Below are positions 47,097 to 59,220 of a stretch of 64,000 bases of DNA, one piece after another (positions within the stretch are counted from its first letter, which is position 1; each line of letters opens with the position of its first letter). The notes under the pieces are model-generated. The model saw nothing but the letters and a program-made list of their open reading frames with translations. It made no database searches and was not told where the DNA came from. The position numbers were made by a program, and so were the translations under genes. Source of the stretch: Elsinoe ampelina. Its lineage: Eukaryota. Where the stretch lies: positions 1,206,172-1,270,171 of the forward strand of contig ML992511.1 of assembly GCA_010093995.1 (NCBI GenBank), given 5' to 3'.

Positions 47097-47861
47097 ATGA
47101 GCAAGGTCCCCGACGCGTGGGATGACGACTGGGTCAAAGCTGCAGATGTCTTTCCAAACTCTTCCTGCAATGACCACATATCTGACTGATCACAGACGCA
47201 GCCTTCTACAGTGTCTCAAGCGTCCAAGGTTCTCTCCAAGTCACAGCGCAAGGCCGAGCATGTCGAAGCGAACAGAAGGCTCTGGGATGCCGCCGAGCAG
47301 CCCGAACGATTTCACTTCCTCGAGTCAAAGATGAATGTTGCTGTCAAGGACGAATTCAAGCCGCAGGTCAAAGTGCTAAGTCGGAAGCCGTCGCCACAGG
47401 TCTCTGGAGCTGCGAACGGCATTGCCGGCATGTCGCTCGAAGATGACGATAGCGAGGATGAGAGGAGGAAGAAGGCAGCCGAGTCACTGCTGGAGAGGCA
47501 AAAGCGGGCTGCGCTTGAGCGTGAGGAGAAGCAGAAGAAATATGCAGAGGCAAGAGAAAGAATCATGGGACCTTCTGGCACGGATAGCACCAGCAAGCAG
47601 GCTCAAATGAATTCACGGCAATCTTCTCGTCGGGGACGAGGTAGCGGTGGTCGCGGCAGCAACTCTGCTTCTCCAGCTGAACGGTCTCCGGCTCGAGGTC
47701 AGACACAGGTCAAGCAGCTGTTCGATCCAGGATATACCTCGAAGCCCGCTGGAACCACAGTACGAGCCAGCACTCCCGCGGGTGAACAACCAATTCGTAT
47801 GCCTCGCGGTCCTGATGCATCTGGAAGGGCAGGCTTTGCAGGTCGCGGACGAGGAGGCTAA
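47097..47861 (+). CDS. SUZ-domain protein (SZRD1-like), 2 exons
   Basis: 'MSKVPDAWDDDW', 'NRRLWDAAE', 'FKPQVKVLSRKP', 'EREEKQKKYAEARERIMG', SUZ-C-like 'PIRMPRGPDASGRAGF'. Confidence 0.8.
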
Positions 47862-47953
47862 GCCAATCACATTGAATGGCAGCATGTCGTGGCACCGATC
47901 GACACCATTGATTGAAGGGCCTACTGGTCTATCTACAACGGGCTGTCCGGAGC

Positions 47954-50608
47954 TCAGAAAGTCTCGGGCTCATCACCGGACTGGTTGAGCTGGTAGAGCT
48001 TTGTCGGTGGCCACTCTCCAGCATCAAATTCGCACTCGAACCTGTGAACGCCGGATTCTACCGTCTTGAATGGCTCCTCTGGCTTGCTCACATCTCTGGA
48101 GATTTCATCGGGCAAGGTGACCTGCGCCGATGAGTTTGGCGGGATTTTCAGCGTCATTTCAAACTTGCCGCCCTCCCACTTCCACTCATTCTGTACCACA
48201 CCATATGGCCCATCAAAGCTCACCTTGGCCGACGTCAAGTTCCCGCCTGGAACAGGTCGTACCTTGATCACCTTCCACCCTGGTTCGAGCGGCGAAATAC
48301 CTCCGACAGTTGTGTGTAACCAGTCTGCAACAGCTCCGAGAGCATAGTGGTTGAAACTAGTCATCTCGCCAGGGTTGATCTTACCACTCGGCAACATGCT
48401 GTCCCACCTCTCCCAGATGGTGGTGGACCCCATGGTCACTGGATACATCCATGACGGGCAGGTCTTTTCCAGGAGCATGCGATAGGCGAGCTGAGGTTGA
48501 GCAGTGGTGGTCAAGGCATGGGTTATGACAGGAGTGCCCGCAAAGCCAGTCGCAATATGGAACTTGGCGTAGCGAACGAGCTTGCGCAGACTGGCAGCAG
48601 CGACTTTGAGTTGCTCGCTATTCTCGTACAGGCCATACTGAACCGCGAGGGCGATACCAGTCTGTGTGTTCGACATCAAATTGCCATGAGGAGAAATGTA
48701 CTTGTGTCTGAAAGCGTTGCGGAGCTTCTTTCCGTCCTGTGCGTACTTCTGTGCCAGATCTGTCTTGCCCACCGCCTTGCAGATCTGAGAGAAGACCTCG
48801 GTTACATGAACCAGATAAGCATCCGCAACCAAGACATCGTCTGTCCTACCAGATCCAGGAGCATCAGGCGGTGCCGCTGGGTCGAGCCAGTCGGATAGTT
48901 GCCAGAGATCACGGACCCAGAGACCATCATCGTCTCGAGCGACTGCTTGATCCAGCCAGGCTTGACCTGACACGAATTGTCGAGCAAGCAGGTCATTGTC
49001 GGAGCTGTACCGGTAAAGATCATTCGGCGCCAAGACCACGACATCATCCCAGACTGCTTGTGGTGCCAATGGCCAGTTCTTTGGGAGAACATCGGGGCAG
49101 ACTAGTTGTGGAATTCCACCCTTACCTTCCTCCAACTGTTCGGCAGCGACATCCTCTAGCCAATTCCCAAGGAATCCGATGGTGTCGTAGAGGAAGGACG
49201 CCGTCGGAGTGAAGACTTGAATGTCACCCGTCCAGCCAAGCCGCTCGTCGCGTTGAGGGCAATCGGTTGGGATGCTGAAGAAGTTGCCTCGCATGGACCA
49301 GACGACGTTCTTGTGGAGTTGGTTCACTAAAGAATTCGAAGACTCAAAGTGACCTCTCCGCTTCATGTCCGAATGTGCTACCAGTGCGACCAAGTCATCG
49401 GATTGGAGCTCTCCCGGCCAGCCATCGATTTGCATGTACCGGAACCCATGGAAAGTGAATCTCGGAGTCCAATCTTTGAGCTCTTCACCTGATCCTACCA
49501 CTACGTCCTCATTTTTTGCATGCCTCAATGGTCGGATACCGAGTTCACCGTCTTCCATGACTTCAGCGTGGCGGATGATCAGCTTGTCTCCCTTGGCCAA
49601 CTTGACACTCTTGATCTGCACCTTGCCCACCAGATTCTGCCCAAAGTCGATGACTGTCTTGCCAGTGGCAGTCTTGAAGATCTCTTTCGGCTTCAACTCC
49701 TCAATTACCCGGACAGGCGCCGCATCGCCACTTACAAGCTTCGATTTGGAGAACTCTACGACCTTGACGGGTTCCCACTCGCCTTGGCCGGCCTTCCAGT
49801 CACTTTCCTGGGAAGCGTCGTACGTCTCTCCGTCGTAGATCTCTGATTTCTGGATGGCACTTGGTGCAGCTTGCCAGCTGTCGTCGGTGCTCACAGTTTC
49901 TTCATCGGCTTCCAATTGAGCAAGAATAGCGATCTCTTTGCCGTACATGTAACGTTGACCGCCGCCAAAGCCGAGTCGGCCAGCCCACCAGCCTTCACTA
50001 GCTTCAATGGCAAGGACGTTTTCGCCATCATGCAGTAAGGACGTTACATCGTAAGTCCGGTAGTTGAGTCGATGATGGTAGGAAGTCCATCCCGGTGCCA
50101 TGAGCTCATCGCTGGCTGGCTTGCCGTTGATGTAGATCTCGTAGACGCCATGGCCGGTAGAATAGATTCTGCCTTTTTTTGGGGTCGATGTGAGGTTGAA
50201 CTTCTTGACGAAGCGGATAGGCCGAAGAGGACCATCATCTGCGGCATTGTAGGACTTGGATGGTGCTATGAAGCTGGCTTTCCAATCAGATGGAGAGAGT
50301 AGGCCGGCTTCGAATGTGGATGGTGGTGACCACTCGGTGGTCGTCGAGGAAGAATGCGATCTCACACGGATAGTTGCTGAGCCACGAGAGTCCAGTGGTA
50401 ATGTTGGCCACGGGACAAGTACCGATTTAGACGAATCGATTGTGTGAAGCTTGCCATCTACCTCAATGTCGTACTTGATCTGATTGTATCCCGATGCAGT
50501 GTTGGGGCCGGCGATGAACTGCCATGATATTCTTGGCGCCTTGTAACCAGCTCCGAGGCCATTATGGTGATGCTCAAACGTCGGGCCGAAAAGCTTTGGA
50601 GCTGACAT
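47954..50608 (-). CDS. Alpha-L-rhamnosidase (GH78), intronless, no signal peptide
   Basis: 'DFGQNLVG', 'PRFTFHGFRY', 'IPTDCPQRDERLGWTGD', 'DWLDP', 'TTIWERWDS', 'MTSFNHYALG'. Confidence 0.95.
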   Translation of the reverse strand: MSAPKLFGPTFEHHHNGLGAGYKAPRISWQFIAGPNTASGYNQIKYDIEVDGKLHTIDSSKSVLVPWPTLPLDSRGSATIRVRSHSSSTTTEWSPPSTFEAGLLSPSDWKASFIAPSKSYNAADDGPLRPIRFVKKFNLTSTPKKGRIYSTGHGVYEIYINGKPASDELMAPGWTSYHHRLNYRTYDVTSLLHDGENVLAIEASEGWWAGRLGFGGGQRYMYGKEIAILAQLEADEETVSTDDSWQAAPSAIQKSEIYDGETYDASQESDWKAGQGEWEPVKVVEFSKSKLVSGDAAPVRVIEELKPKEIFKTATGKTVIDFGQNLVGKVQIKSVKLAKGDKLIIRHAEVMEDGELGIRPLRHAKNEDVVVGSGEELKDWTPRFTFHGFRYMQIDGWPGELQSDDLVALVAHSDMKRRGHFESSNSLVNQLHKNVVWSMRGNFFSIPTDCPQRDERLGWTGDIQVFTPTASFLYDTIGFLGNWLEDVAAEQLEEGKGGIPQLVCPDVLPKNWPLAPQAVWDDVVVLAPNDLYRYSSDNDLLARQFVSGQAWLDQAVARDDDGLWVRDLWQLSDWLDPAAPPDAPGSGRTDDVLVADAYLVHVTEVFSQICKAVGKTDLAQKYAQDGKKLRNAFRHKYISPHGNLMSNTQTGIALAVQYGLYENSEQLKVAAASLRKLVRYAKFHIATGFAGTPVITHALTTTAQPQLAYRMLLEKTCPSWMYPVTMGSTTIWERWDSMLPSGKINPGEMTSFNHYALGAVADWLHTTVGGISPLEPGWKVIKVRPVPGGNLTSAKVSFDGPYGVVQNEWKWEGGKFEMTLKIPPNSSAQVTLPDEISRDVSKPEEPFKTVESGVHRFECEFDAGEWPPTKLYQLNQSGDEPETF

Positions 50609-50842
50609 TGTTTAGGAGAATGCGGCGTTCAAATTCAGATATCGATTGATCTTCAGCGGTGGTCGGCTCCTCGGTACTATGATGAAGAGTGAATTACGGT
50701 CCCTCTATAACCAGCAAAGTCGAGACTATTCTTCTATATTGTCACATGCAAATCCATCATCAGAGGATTCGTGCGAGCTCGGTAATCTATGCACCGAAAG
50801 ATGAGCCTTCCATGCTTGGCTGCAGATCGCACGTGGTGTGGC

Positions 50843-51018
50843 GCGGGGCATTGGTCACCGACAACGCCGCATCTGCTACTACATCTCCTCATCTCTGTCT
50901 CATCACAACAAGCCCTTTGTTGGCAGGATCGTCTGCCGTGCATCTGTTTAATGTCATTCGTTACCAGATCTGGCATTCATCCACGGTTCTGTGGAGTCCG
51001 GGGTGAGATGTTGCGGAG
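50843..51018. promoter_or_regulatory. CreA/Mig1-type SYGGRG sites in the divergent rhamnosidase/transporter promoter
   Basis: GCGGGG at 50843, GTGGAG at 50991, CCGGGG at 50998, GCGGAG at 51013. Confidence 0.45.
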
Positions 51019-51163
51019 ATGCGTGCAAGGTCGGGGCACAGGTACAGAGTAGACATTCTGATGCTCGGCAGTATTTCGTCCTTCTTTGCCTCTTGCATTT
51101 CCTTTTAAGCTTGTGGCTTCTCATGCCCAGTCTTCCATTCGCAAGCCCTAACTACTAAGCATC

Positions 51164-52966
51164 ATGGCTGGAAACAAGTGGTTGATATACGGCATCGCCT
51201 CGATTGCGGCTCTTGGTGGCTTCATCTATGGAGTCGACTCTGGTATCATTGCAACAACATTAGGACATGATACATTCAAGGTCCGTGAGACTAATGCCAC
51301 AAGTTCTTCGATGTAAAGACAACAGCTAACTTCCAAAGGTGTACATGTTTGGCCCAGCCCGAGCTAATGCTTCACTCACCGGAGGTTGGTCTGGAGTAAT
51401 TTTCTTTACGAACCCGGTAATGCTTACTCACATGCAGCTATCGTAAGCGTTTACAATGCTGGACAAGCCATTGGCGGTCTGACTACTGGCTACCTGGCCG
51501 ATGCTTTCTCCCGCAGGTGGACCATTGTATGTCAATCGAAATAGCCCATTATTTTTGCTCACTCATTCCAGTTCCTCTCTGGCGTACTGGCCATACTCGG
51601 AGCCGCACTGCAGGCTGGTGCTGCTAACGTCGAGATGATGATTGTCGGCCGCCTCATCGCAGGTATTGGATGCGGTATCATTCTTTGTAAGTTGACTGCA
51701 TCATCAGATATGCACATATCCTCTCCGATCTCTCCTCAGCTACTTTACCTGCTCCGAGTTGTATCCGCTATTGTTCGTGGCTGACTTGTAACAGCTGGCG
51801 TTCCTGTATACCTTGCCGAGATTACACCGCCGAAACAGCGAGGTTTCGTGGTAGGGCTCCAAGGTGTAGCCATCTCTTTAGGATTCATGATCGCCAACTG
51901 GCTCGGATATGCGGGAGCATTTGCTACCGGGGACGCACAATGGAGAATACCCCTGGCGATGCAGATTCCGGGACCGATCGCCTTGGTCATCGGTTGTTTC
52001 TTCATTCCATATAGCCCACGATGGCTGACGCAGAAAGAGAGATACGAAGAGGCACAGAAGGGTAAGTACTCATCTTCTATGCCAAAGTTACCTTCCGGCT
52101 GACCGTGTGCAGTATTGGAGCGATTACATGGCAAAGGGAATGATGACCTCGTACGGCAAGAGATGATACAGATCAGAAGTCAGATAATGTTCGAGAACAC
52201 CCAGGAGAAACCGGGCTGGGCAGCGGCCATGGTCCGACTGTTCTCTCGGCGATACCTTCGACGTACCATGACGGCGACTTTTATCATCACTATGGGGCAA
52301 CTGAGTGGATCTTCCGTGATCCAGAATTATCAGAACATCTTCTACGCCACGGTTGGATTCGTCGGCCGGACATCATTATTGATCTCTGGCATCTATGGGT
52401 TCATGGGTGTCTTCGGCGAGATCATCTACTCCTTCTTCGTCGCAGATAAATGGCCACGAACTACCACACTGTGGTCTGGATCCTTGGTACTGAGCGTTCT
52501 CATCGCCATTTGCATGGGTTTGAGCGCCCAATTCGGCACCCGCGGGAGCAACCCTGATGGAGCACGGGCTGCCATTGCATTCATCTTCATCTACTCCGCC
52601 TCATACGCCATCTTCTTCAACTCGATGATCTACGTTGTGCCATCGGAGCTCTTCCCTTACTCCTTGCGAGCAAAGGGTTTGTCTTTTGCCGTCTTTGTCA
52701 AGGCCATTGCCGCGATTGTGCTCTCTCAAATCACGCCAGTCGCAATCCAGGAGGTCGGCTGGAGGTACTATTCGCTCTTCATCGCCACGAATGCGTTTGC
52801 TGCGGTCATCTACTTCTTCTTCCTTCCCGAGACAGGCCACAAGAGTTTGGAAGAGATTGCTGAGCTGTTTGGAGATACACTAGCAACGGAACATATCGGG
52901 GAAATCGACGTGAACGCCAAGGGGAGGCTGAGCATTGAGATGCATGAGGGGGGAGACTGTCACTGA
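51164..52966 (+). CDS. MFS sugar porter, multi-exon
   Basis: 'GGFIYGVDSG', 'D.FSRR', 'GRLIAG', 'VYLAEITPPKQRG', 'WRIPLAMQ', 'PYSPRWL', 'SELFP..LRAKG', 'PETGHKSLEEI'. Five short introns. Confidence 0.92.
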
Positions 52967-54013
52967 GGAGCGGTCCAAGGTCTAGAGAAAGTATATCTGG
53001 GGTGACATGGCTGTAGATGGTACAATGGGATATGGCACTTACCGCTGGCATTTTGGCACATGAGGCAATATATCCTACCAGTCTGAAAACCATAATCCTG
53101 GTCGAAGCCCCTCTCTTCTTCAAGAGCCTAAACTTTTAAACGGTGGTTAGTCCGAGTGTCCACGAGTGATTTCCGGCATCCATTTCGTAGATATTGCCCT
53201 TCACTGAGAACGACGTGGTCCAAAACCTACCAGAACGCTGCTCGAAAGCGTTCAATCCTGTCGATGAATCCTTCACTCGTCCAACATGGCCATGGAACAA
53301 GGACAGTGTTGACCATTCCATTCGGAAAAGCCCCGCGGGGAACGGAGAAATGCAAAGTCTCCTCCTCCAAGCTCTTTTCCCAGCTTTTGCTGTGTTTTAC
53401 TTACTTCCCCTCTTCCTCTTCCTACTTCTTCTCGTGGTGCTGCATACCACCAAGGACTCCGAGGGGGCTGTGCAAGGTAGCGCGGTGAGCTGGAGGAGCG
53501 GGTACAGTCTCGTTCAAGTATTCCGACGGTCTTTGATCCAGACTCCTGCACGAACGATGTAAGCCCGACAGCCACTTGCGAGGACTGATGGTCAGATTAA
53601 CACCGGCCTAGCTGTTTCATGCTTAGCGCACCGTCCAGAGGTGAGCGGGGTGGACGAGAGGCGCCCCTTGGCATGCAACTTTGACTGCACATCACGTCTT
53701 GGCTTCAGCGGAATGGGCAAGTCGGTCGTTCTTAGGGTGGTGGGCAGTTGCTTCTGCTCCATATTGACTCGATGACAAGCAAAAATCTTTTCCCCCAGAT
53801 AGACTTCTCCGCGAACTTGGCTGGTGGAGGCAATAGCCGATCGAGGGGGCTATCCTGGGGTCAATCCTCTATATCAGGTAGGTTCTCGTGCACGACCGGG
53901 GAAGAAGAGCTCGCGCTTTTCTGATCTCTTATCGTTGAGACTGTCTCTCATTGTGACTCTCTTATCGAGACTCATTCTCTGTCATACCTTTTTGGTAGTC
54001 CCACTACTTCATC

Positions 54014-55888
54014 ATGGGTCTTCACGCAGCAGGGACCGATGACCCCCCCGCGGTCAGGAACTGGCGTATCCATGCTATCGCCTGTATAGCGTCCATGTCG
54101 GCCATCGCCATGGGGTACGACACTGCCGTCATCGGAGGTACCATGGCTTTGGACTCTTTCAGACGAGACTATCGACTCACTGGACTTTCCAGCTCCGCCC
54201 GCGATACACTACAAGGCAACATCGTGTCGACCTTCCAAGCTGGTGCATTCTTCGGTAGTCTGCTCGCCTTTCCCATCGGCGAAAGGTACGGCCGCAAGTT
54301 GGCCGTTTTGGTTTCATCACTTGTCTTTCTGCTGGGCGGGACCCTTATGACAGCAGCTCGGGGCAACATTGGCATGATCATTGGAGGCCGTGCCATCGCT
54401 GGTCTTGGTATCGGAGCCGTTTCCATGATTGTCCCAATCTACATTTCCGAAACTTCGCCACCCTCCATTCGAGGACGACTAGTAGGAATATTCGAAATTG
54501 CTTCGCAAGGCGGTGGTATGCTAGGCTTCTGGATCAACTATGGAGTGGACAGGAGCATTTCTGATGCCGTCGCCGCTCAGTGGATCGTCCCTCTTGGAAT
54601 TCAACTACTACCCGGCATTTTGCTCTTTGTCGGCATCATGTTCTGTCCCGAGTCGCCGAGATGGCTAGCGAGGAAAGACAAATGGGAGCAAGCAGAGAAG
54701 ACGTTGGTTTATCTCAGGACCTTGCCGTCGCATGATCCCTATATTCAGAATGAGCTGGCGGACATCCGGGTTCAGGTTGAGCAGCGCAGCACTCTGAAGC
54801 TGTCCAAGAAGGAGATGGCGAAGAAGGTGGTACAGAAGGGAACTCGTAATCGACTGGCCATCGGTCTGCTACTGATGGCATGCCAGGCAAGTTGATTTAC
54901 ACTACCATATGGGTTTATGGCTAACCAGGTTACAGAACTTGACCGGTGTGAACATTATCACCTAGTATGTTTGCACCCTCATTCGATGATCAAACAGAAG
55001 CTGACATGTATCTAGCTACTCTCCGCGTATCTTCGAAACGCTCGGAATCACAGGTACAGACACCAAGCTCTTTGCCACTGGTTTCTACGGCGTCGCAAAG
55101 ACTCTCGGCATGATTGTCTTCTCCCTCTTTCTGGTCGAGAAAGTCGGTCGACGCAAGGGTCTGATCTACGGCGCATTCATCGGATCTCTCCCCATGTGGT
55201 ACATCGGTGGCTATGTCTTCAAGAACGACCCGGCAACAGCTGCTGCCCGAGGCGACATCTCTCGCGACGGTTGGGGCTACCTCGCTATGGTCTGTGTGTA
55301 CCTCTACGGCTTCATTTACTGCGCCACCTGGCAGGGTATCACTTGGGTGTACTGCTCTGAGATCTTCCCACTGTAAGTGTATGGATGGTTGGTAACGGAG
55401 CCAATCGCTGACCGGACGCAGCGACATCAGACTTCTGTGCGTGGCCTTGACTACCGCTGATCAATGGTAAGCGATCTCCTTCATTGCATCTGGGCGGAGC
55501 TAATAGGTGGCCAGGTTCTGGTCATTCCTTGTATCACGTACTACACCGTACATGATCACTTCGCTCGGCTATGGAACAGTAAGTCATTCAAGGTGATTAT
55601 GCCAGGGTATCACTGACAGCAATCTAGTACATGTTCTTCGGAACCCTCATGGTCCTTATGGGCTTCTGGGCATTCTTCTTCATTCCAGAAACCAAGGGTC
55701 TGTCGCTCGAGTCCATGGATGCTCTCTTCAGTGGCAGTATGCACCGGGCTGTCTGGGACAATCTCCGCAACAGAAGGGGTGCCATCCCAGAGCGTGCCGT
55801 GGATCCTACCAGCCCACGTGACAGTCTGGAGAAGCAAGGACATATGGAGATTGATGTCACGACAGTTGAGAAGGCAGAAATCAAGTAG
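54014..55888 (+). CDS. MFS sugar porter, quinate permease (QutD)-like, multi-exon
   Basis: 'NWRIH...MGYDTAVIGGT', 'NIVSTFQAGAFFG', 'PIYISETSPPSIRGRLVG', 'PESPRWL', 'Q|NLTGVNII.YYSPRIF', 'WVYCSEIFP', 'PETKGLSLESMD'. Confidence 0.9.
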
Positions 55889-56127
55889 TTTATAAACATC
55901 ATGTCATTCTGATTCGTGGTATATAGTTGCGAAGAACGTGCAAGAGTCATCAACATTGTGTCAAATACATCAGAGATAGACAGTGATCTATCATGCTCGA
56001 GCTATCGACCTGGTTTCCATCAACTACTGCCAGTGCCTTGGTGAGTTCCCGTCATATCCGGACCATCCTCGTCCTCCTGTCGACCAGCAAAGGGGGCGCA
56101 GTCAGTGTTCCGGGAAGCTTACTGTCC

Positions 56128-57993
56128 TCACGTTTGATAGAACGGCTGAGTGGGAGCGAATCCAACTAATCTATCACCCTGATCCGGTCTGAACTTCGGT
56201 TCTTTGTAGAACGTGGCCGCATCCTTCGACAGAGTCTCGACCTCGCTAAAGTCAAACTTCTCGTTCTTGAACTTTGTCTGGTCGTAGACGCCTCTCGCGT
56301 ACTCGGGGGAGATGTTGTAGATCTGAGCGAGATACTTCTTCTGGATGATTGGGTAGTTGACGTGGCTGAGCATCTTGGCCGTGTTGTAGTGCAGATTCTT
56401 CCTTTGCTCGTCGTCCATGACTCGGTTGTACAGCTCTCGGGGCTGATCGTATTCGCTGAGCTTCCCTTCGTGGTAGTAGTGGCTCTTGCGGGAGACGACA
56501 TTATCAGAGACCTTGTATGGTGCTTCGGCTACGTCCGGTCGGAACTTGTGGGTGAAGCTATTGGGGGTATATTGCTTGTTGCCTGCATGATTGGCGTCTA
56601 CTCTCATCGCTCCATCGAAGTTGACCGATGATAGGGATCCGGCCATGAATGGACAATTGACTGGGATCTGATGCAAGTTGATACCGATGCGATGATATTG
56701 TGCATCTCGGTAGAAGAACATTCTGAGATTGTCAACGGAGATCTCGATGACCAACCATATGTGACTGACCTGAACTGAAGCAATGGATCGGGAGAGTCTT
56801 CGACACCAGGGACCATGGAACCGGGAGAGAAGGCGGCTTGCTCCACATCGCGGTGGTAGTTTTCTGGGTTCTTGTTGAGAACGAGGCGGCCGAAATCGTG
56901 CATCTGGAAGAGTCATAGCGGTGATCAGCGATACAGATCACTGCAACCTACTGGAAATTGCTGTCTCGGCCAGACTTTGGTGACATCGAAAGGATCAAAG
57001 CCCAATTTCTCCGGATCAGCATCCTCGGGCTGCATGATCTGAACCTTGGCCGTCCATTCAATCTCTTGACCGTTCTCGATAGCTTCCCACAGCTGCCGCT
57101 TGGAGTAGTCTGGATCTTCGCCCGAGATCTCGATAGCTTGAGGGCCTGTCAACTGCTTCTGTCCATCCTTGGCAATGAAGTGGTACTTGATGTAGACAAA
57201 TTTGCCCTCTTTGTTAATCCACTTGAAGGTATGGCATCCATAACCGTGCTCGTTGATCCACCCGTCAGGTGTACCACTACCAGAATGTCAGTAATGAAGG
57301 GCTAATCAGACAGACCACTCACTGATCAGAAAAGAACATCAGACCGGCGTGGTTACCCTCGGGGGTGCAGCCGAGCAGATCGAAGGTAGCGTCATAGTCA
57401 AGGAGGAAGTTCTTTGGGTTACGGGCCTGACTCCGGATGACATCTGGACCCTGGATAGGATCCCTACAGAAGAAGACAGGGAAGTTCAAACCGACAATGT
57501 CGTAGTTGCCCTCGCGAGTGTAGAACTTGATGGCGAATCCTCGTGGATTGCGTGCCTCGTCTGGGAATTCTCTTCCGAGAGTAACAGTGGAGAAGCGGAT
57601 GAAGATTGGGGTTTTCTCGCCCGGTCGCTGGAGGAAGTCTGCTTTTGTCATGTCGGACACATCTGCGGTGGTCTCGAAATATCCGAAGGCTCCACTGCCG
57701 CAAGGGTGAACCATGCGCTCGAGATTCTTCGACCGGTTGAAGTGCTGCTGCTTCTGCAGAAGATGTACATCGCTGACGAGGGGGATGCCACCGATATTCT
57801 TGCTGTGCTCGGCGTCAGGCAGGGGAATGCCTTCATTGTTGGTGAAGTAAGGGCCGTCATCCTCTCTTTTACCGCCCGCGACATGACCAGAGACCTTTGC
57901 TATGATGTTCATTGGGCCCTCATTGGCGGACATCATGTGTGCTTCACGGCGGTCGCCACTGATGGCATCTGCGACTTTGCTCATAGTCTCCAT
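56128..57993 (-). CDS. Monofunctional heme catalase (small subunit), 4 exons
   Basis: 'FNRSKNLERMVH', 'RFSTV', 'RNPRGFAIKFYTREGNYDIVG', 'PFDVTKVWP', 'VEQAAFSPG', 'DPLLQF|RMFFYRDAQYHR'. Start at 57993 or 57984. Confidence 0.95.
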
Positions 57994-59220
57994 TGATTGT
58001 ATGGTTTGGCGGTCTTGAAAAACAACGGGATAGTATGAAAGTAAACGACGCCTGGGATCAACCGGTAGGACATTTGTCCATCTTGTGGGACTTACCTCCG
58101 GCACCCATTGACATCAGTCTGATGGGAACATGAGCGCTGCATCGTGGAGAAAACCGGGACACTGTGCTGGGATGCATTTTGAGGTGAGGACGCCTGGTCA
58201 GTATGACCGAAAATGTACGTCTCATGGCGGGAAGTTCCTACCAGCACGACTGATACGGACGTGATTGGCGGACGATCCGGTCCTCAGGTTGTTTCCGTGA
58301 CAAAAGAAGGACTACTATTCGCTCACCATAAGAAATACTCTATAATTATGTGATGGCCATTTGGGACAGGATCTGATGGTATTGAGGTGGAATGGAGGAC
58401 AGGAGGGAAAGCCAGAAAGATTGATCTTTCATGCCCAAAAAGCCCGTCCGCAGAGCCGCATTTCGCCTGCCGTCACAGATGGGACGCTTTTCTCCCATCT
58501 CGATATTGCTATTCGCATCAACATGGACGCTACGTTGTAACATCGTCACTTGATATGACTTTTGCGTCCGCGTCAGCTGTCGCCGCCTTCCGGGATGACC
58601 GATCTGGTTGATGCCAGGGAGAGGTATCCTCTTTGCAAGCCCATTTCCCCTGCTACAATCTATGAAACAGCACAACACTTGTACATTCAACACTACGCTT
58701 TGCACGTGACATAATCTTCATGGATTGTCATTGAAATTTAATGAGGGCATCCCTCACACACACCGCTGCTTGGATGAGCATCAGCAGAGACCTGGCTTTC
58801 GCATTTCTTTCCACATACCCATTACTTCGTCCCCATCCCATCTGACGATCCAGCTCTCGTACCACCCTGCTTGGAAGTCACCAAGACCTTGTCCACTGTA
58901 TTCTACGATTATCCACGTCTTTCAGCTCGAGGTCACAAGTGCCATGTCTCAGCACAACGGCACCAGGTGATATGAGCGCTTCGGAACACAAACCCCAGGA
59001 CCGACGAGGAAGTTCCCTTGTCTTTGTCGTACTAACGAGTCAGCAATTGAGGAGATCTGGGGAATTGCTGTAGAGGAGCAAACAGAGCCCATCCCGCACG
59101 CTTTGATCGCCGGGACTTCAACGTATCGGTGTCATGTATGATCTGATCATGTACGAGGAGTAAGGGAACGATGAGGACGTGAAGGCGAAATAGCTTCGTA
59201 TACAGATATATTGCCCAGGA

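Noticed and set aside
47954..50608. Recent HGT of the intronless GH78
   Set aside because: Bacterial-like intracellular GH78 enzymes are common in filamentous ascomycetes; lack of introns alone is insufficient.
53100..53600. Overlapping 100-122 aa ORFs between the two transporters
   Set aside because: No motifs or splice support; treated as intergenic.
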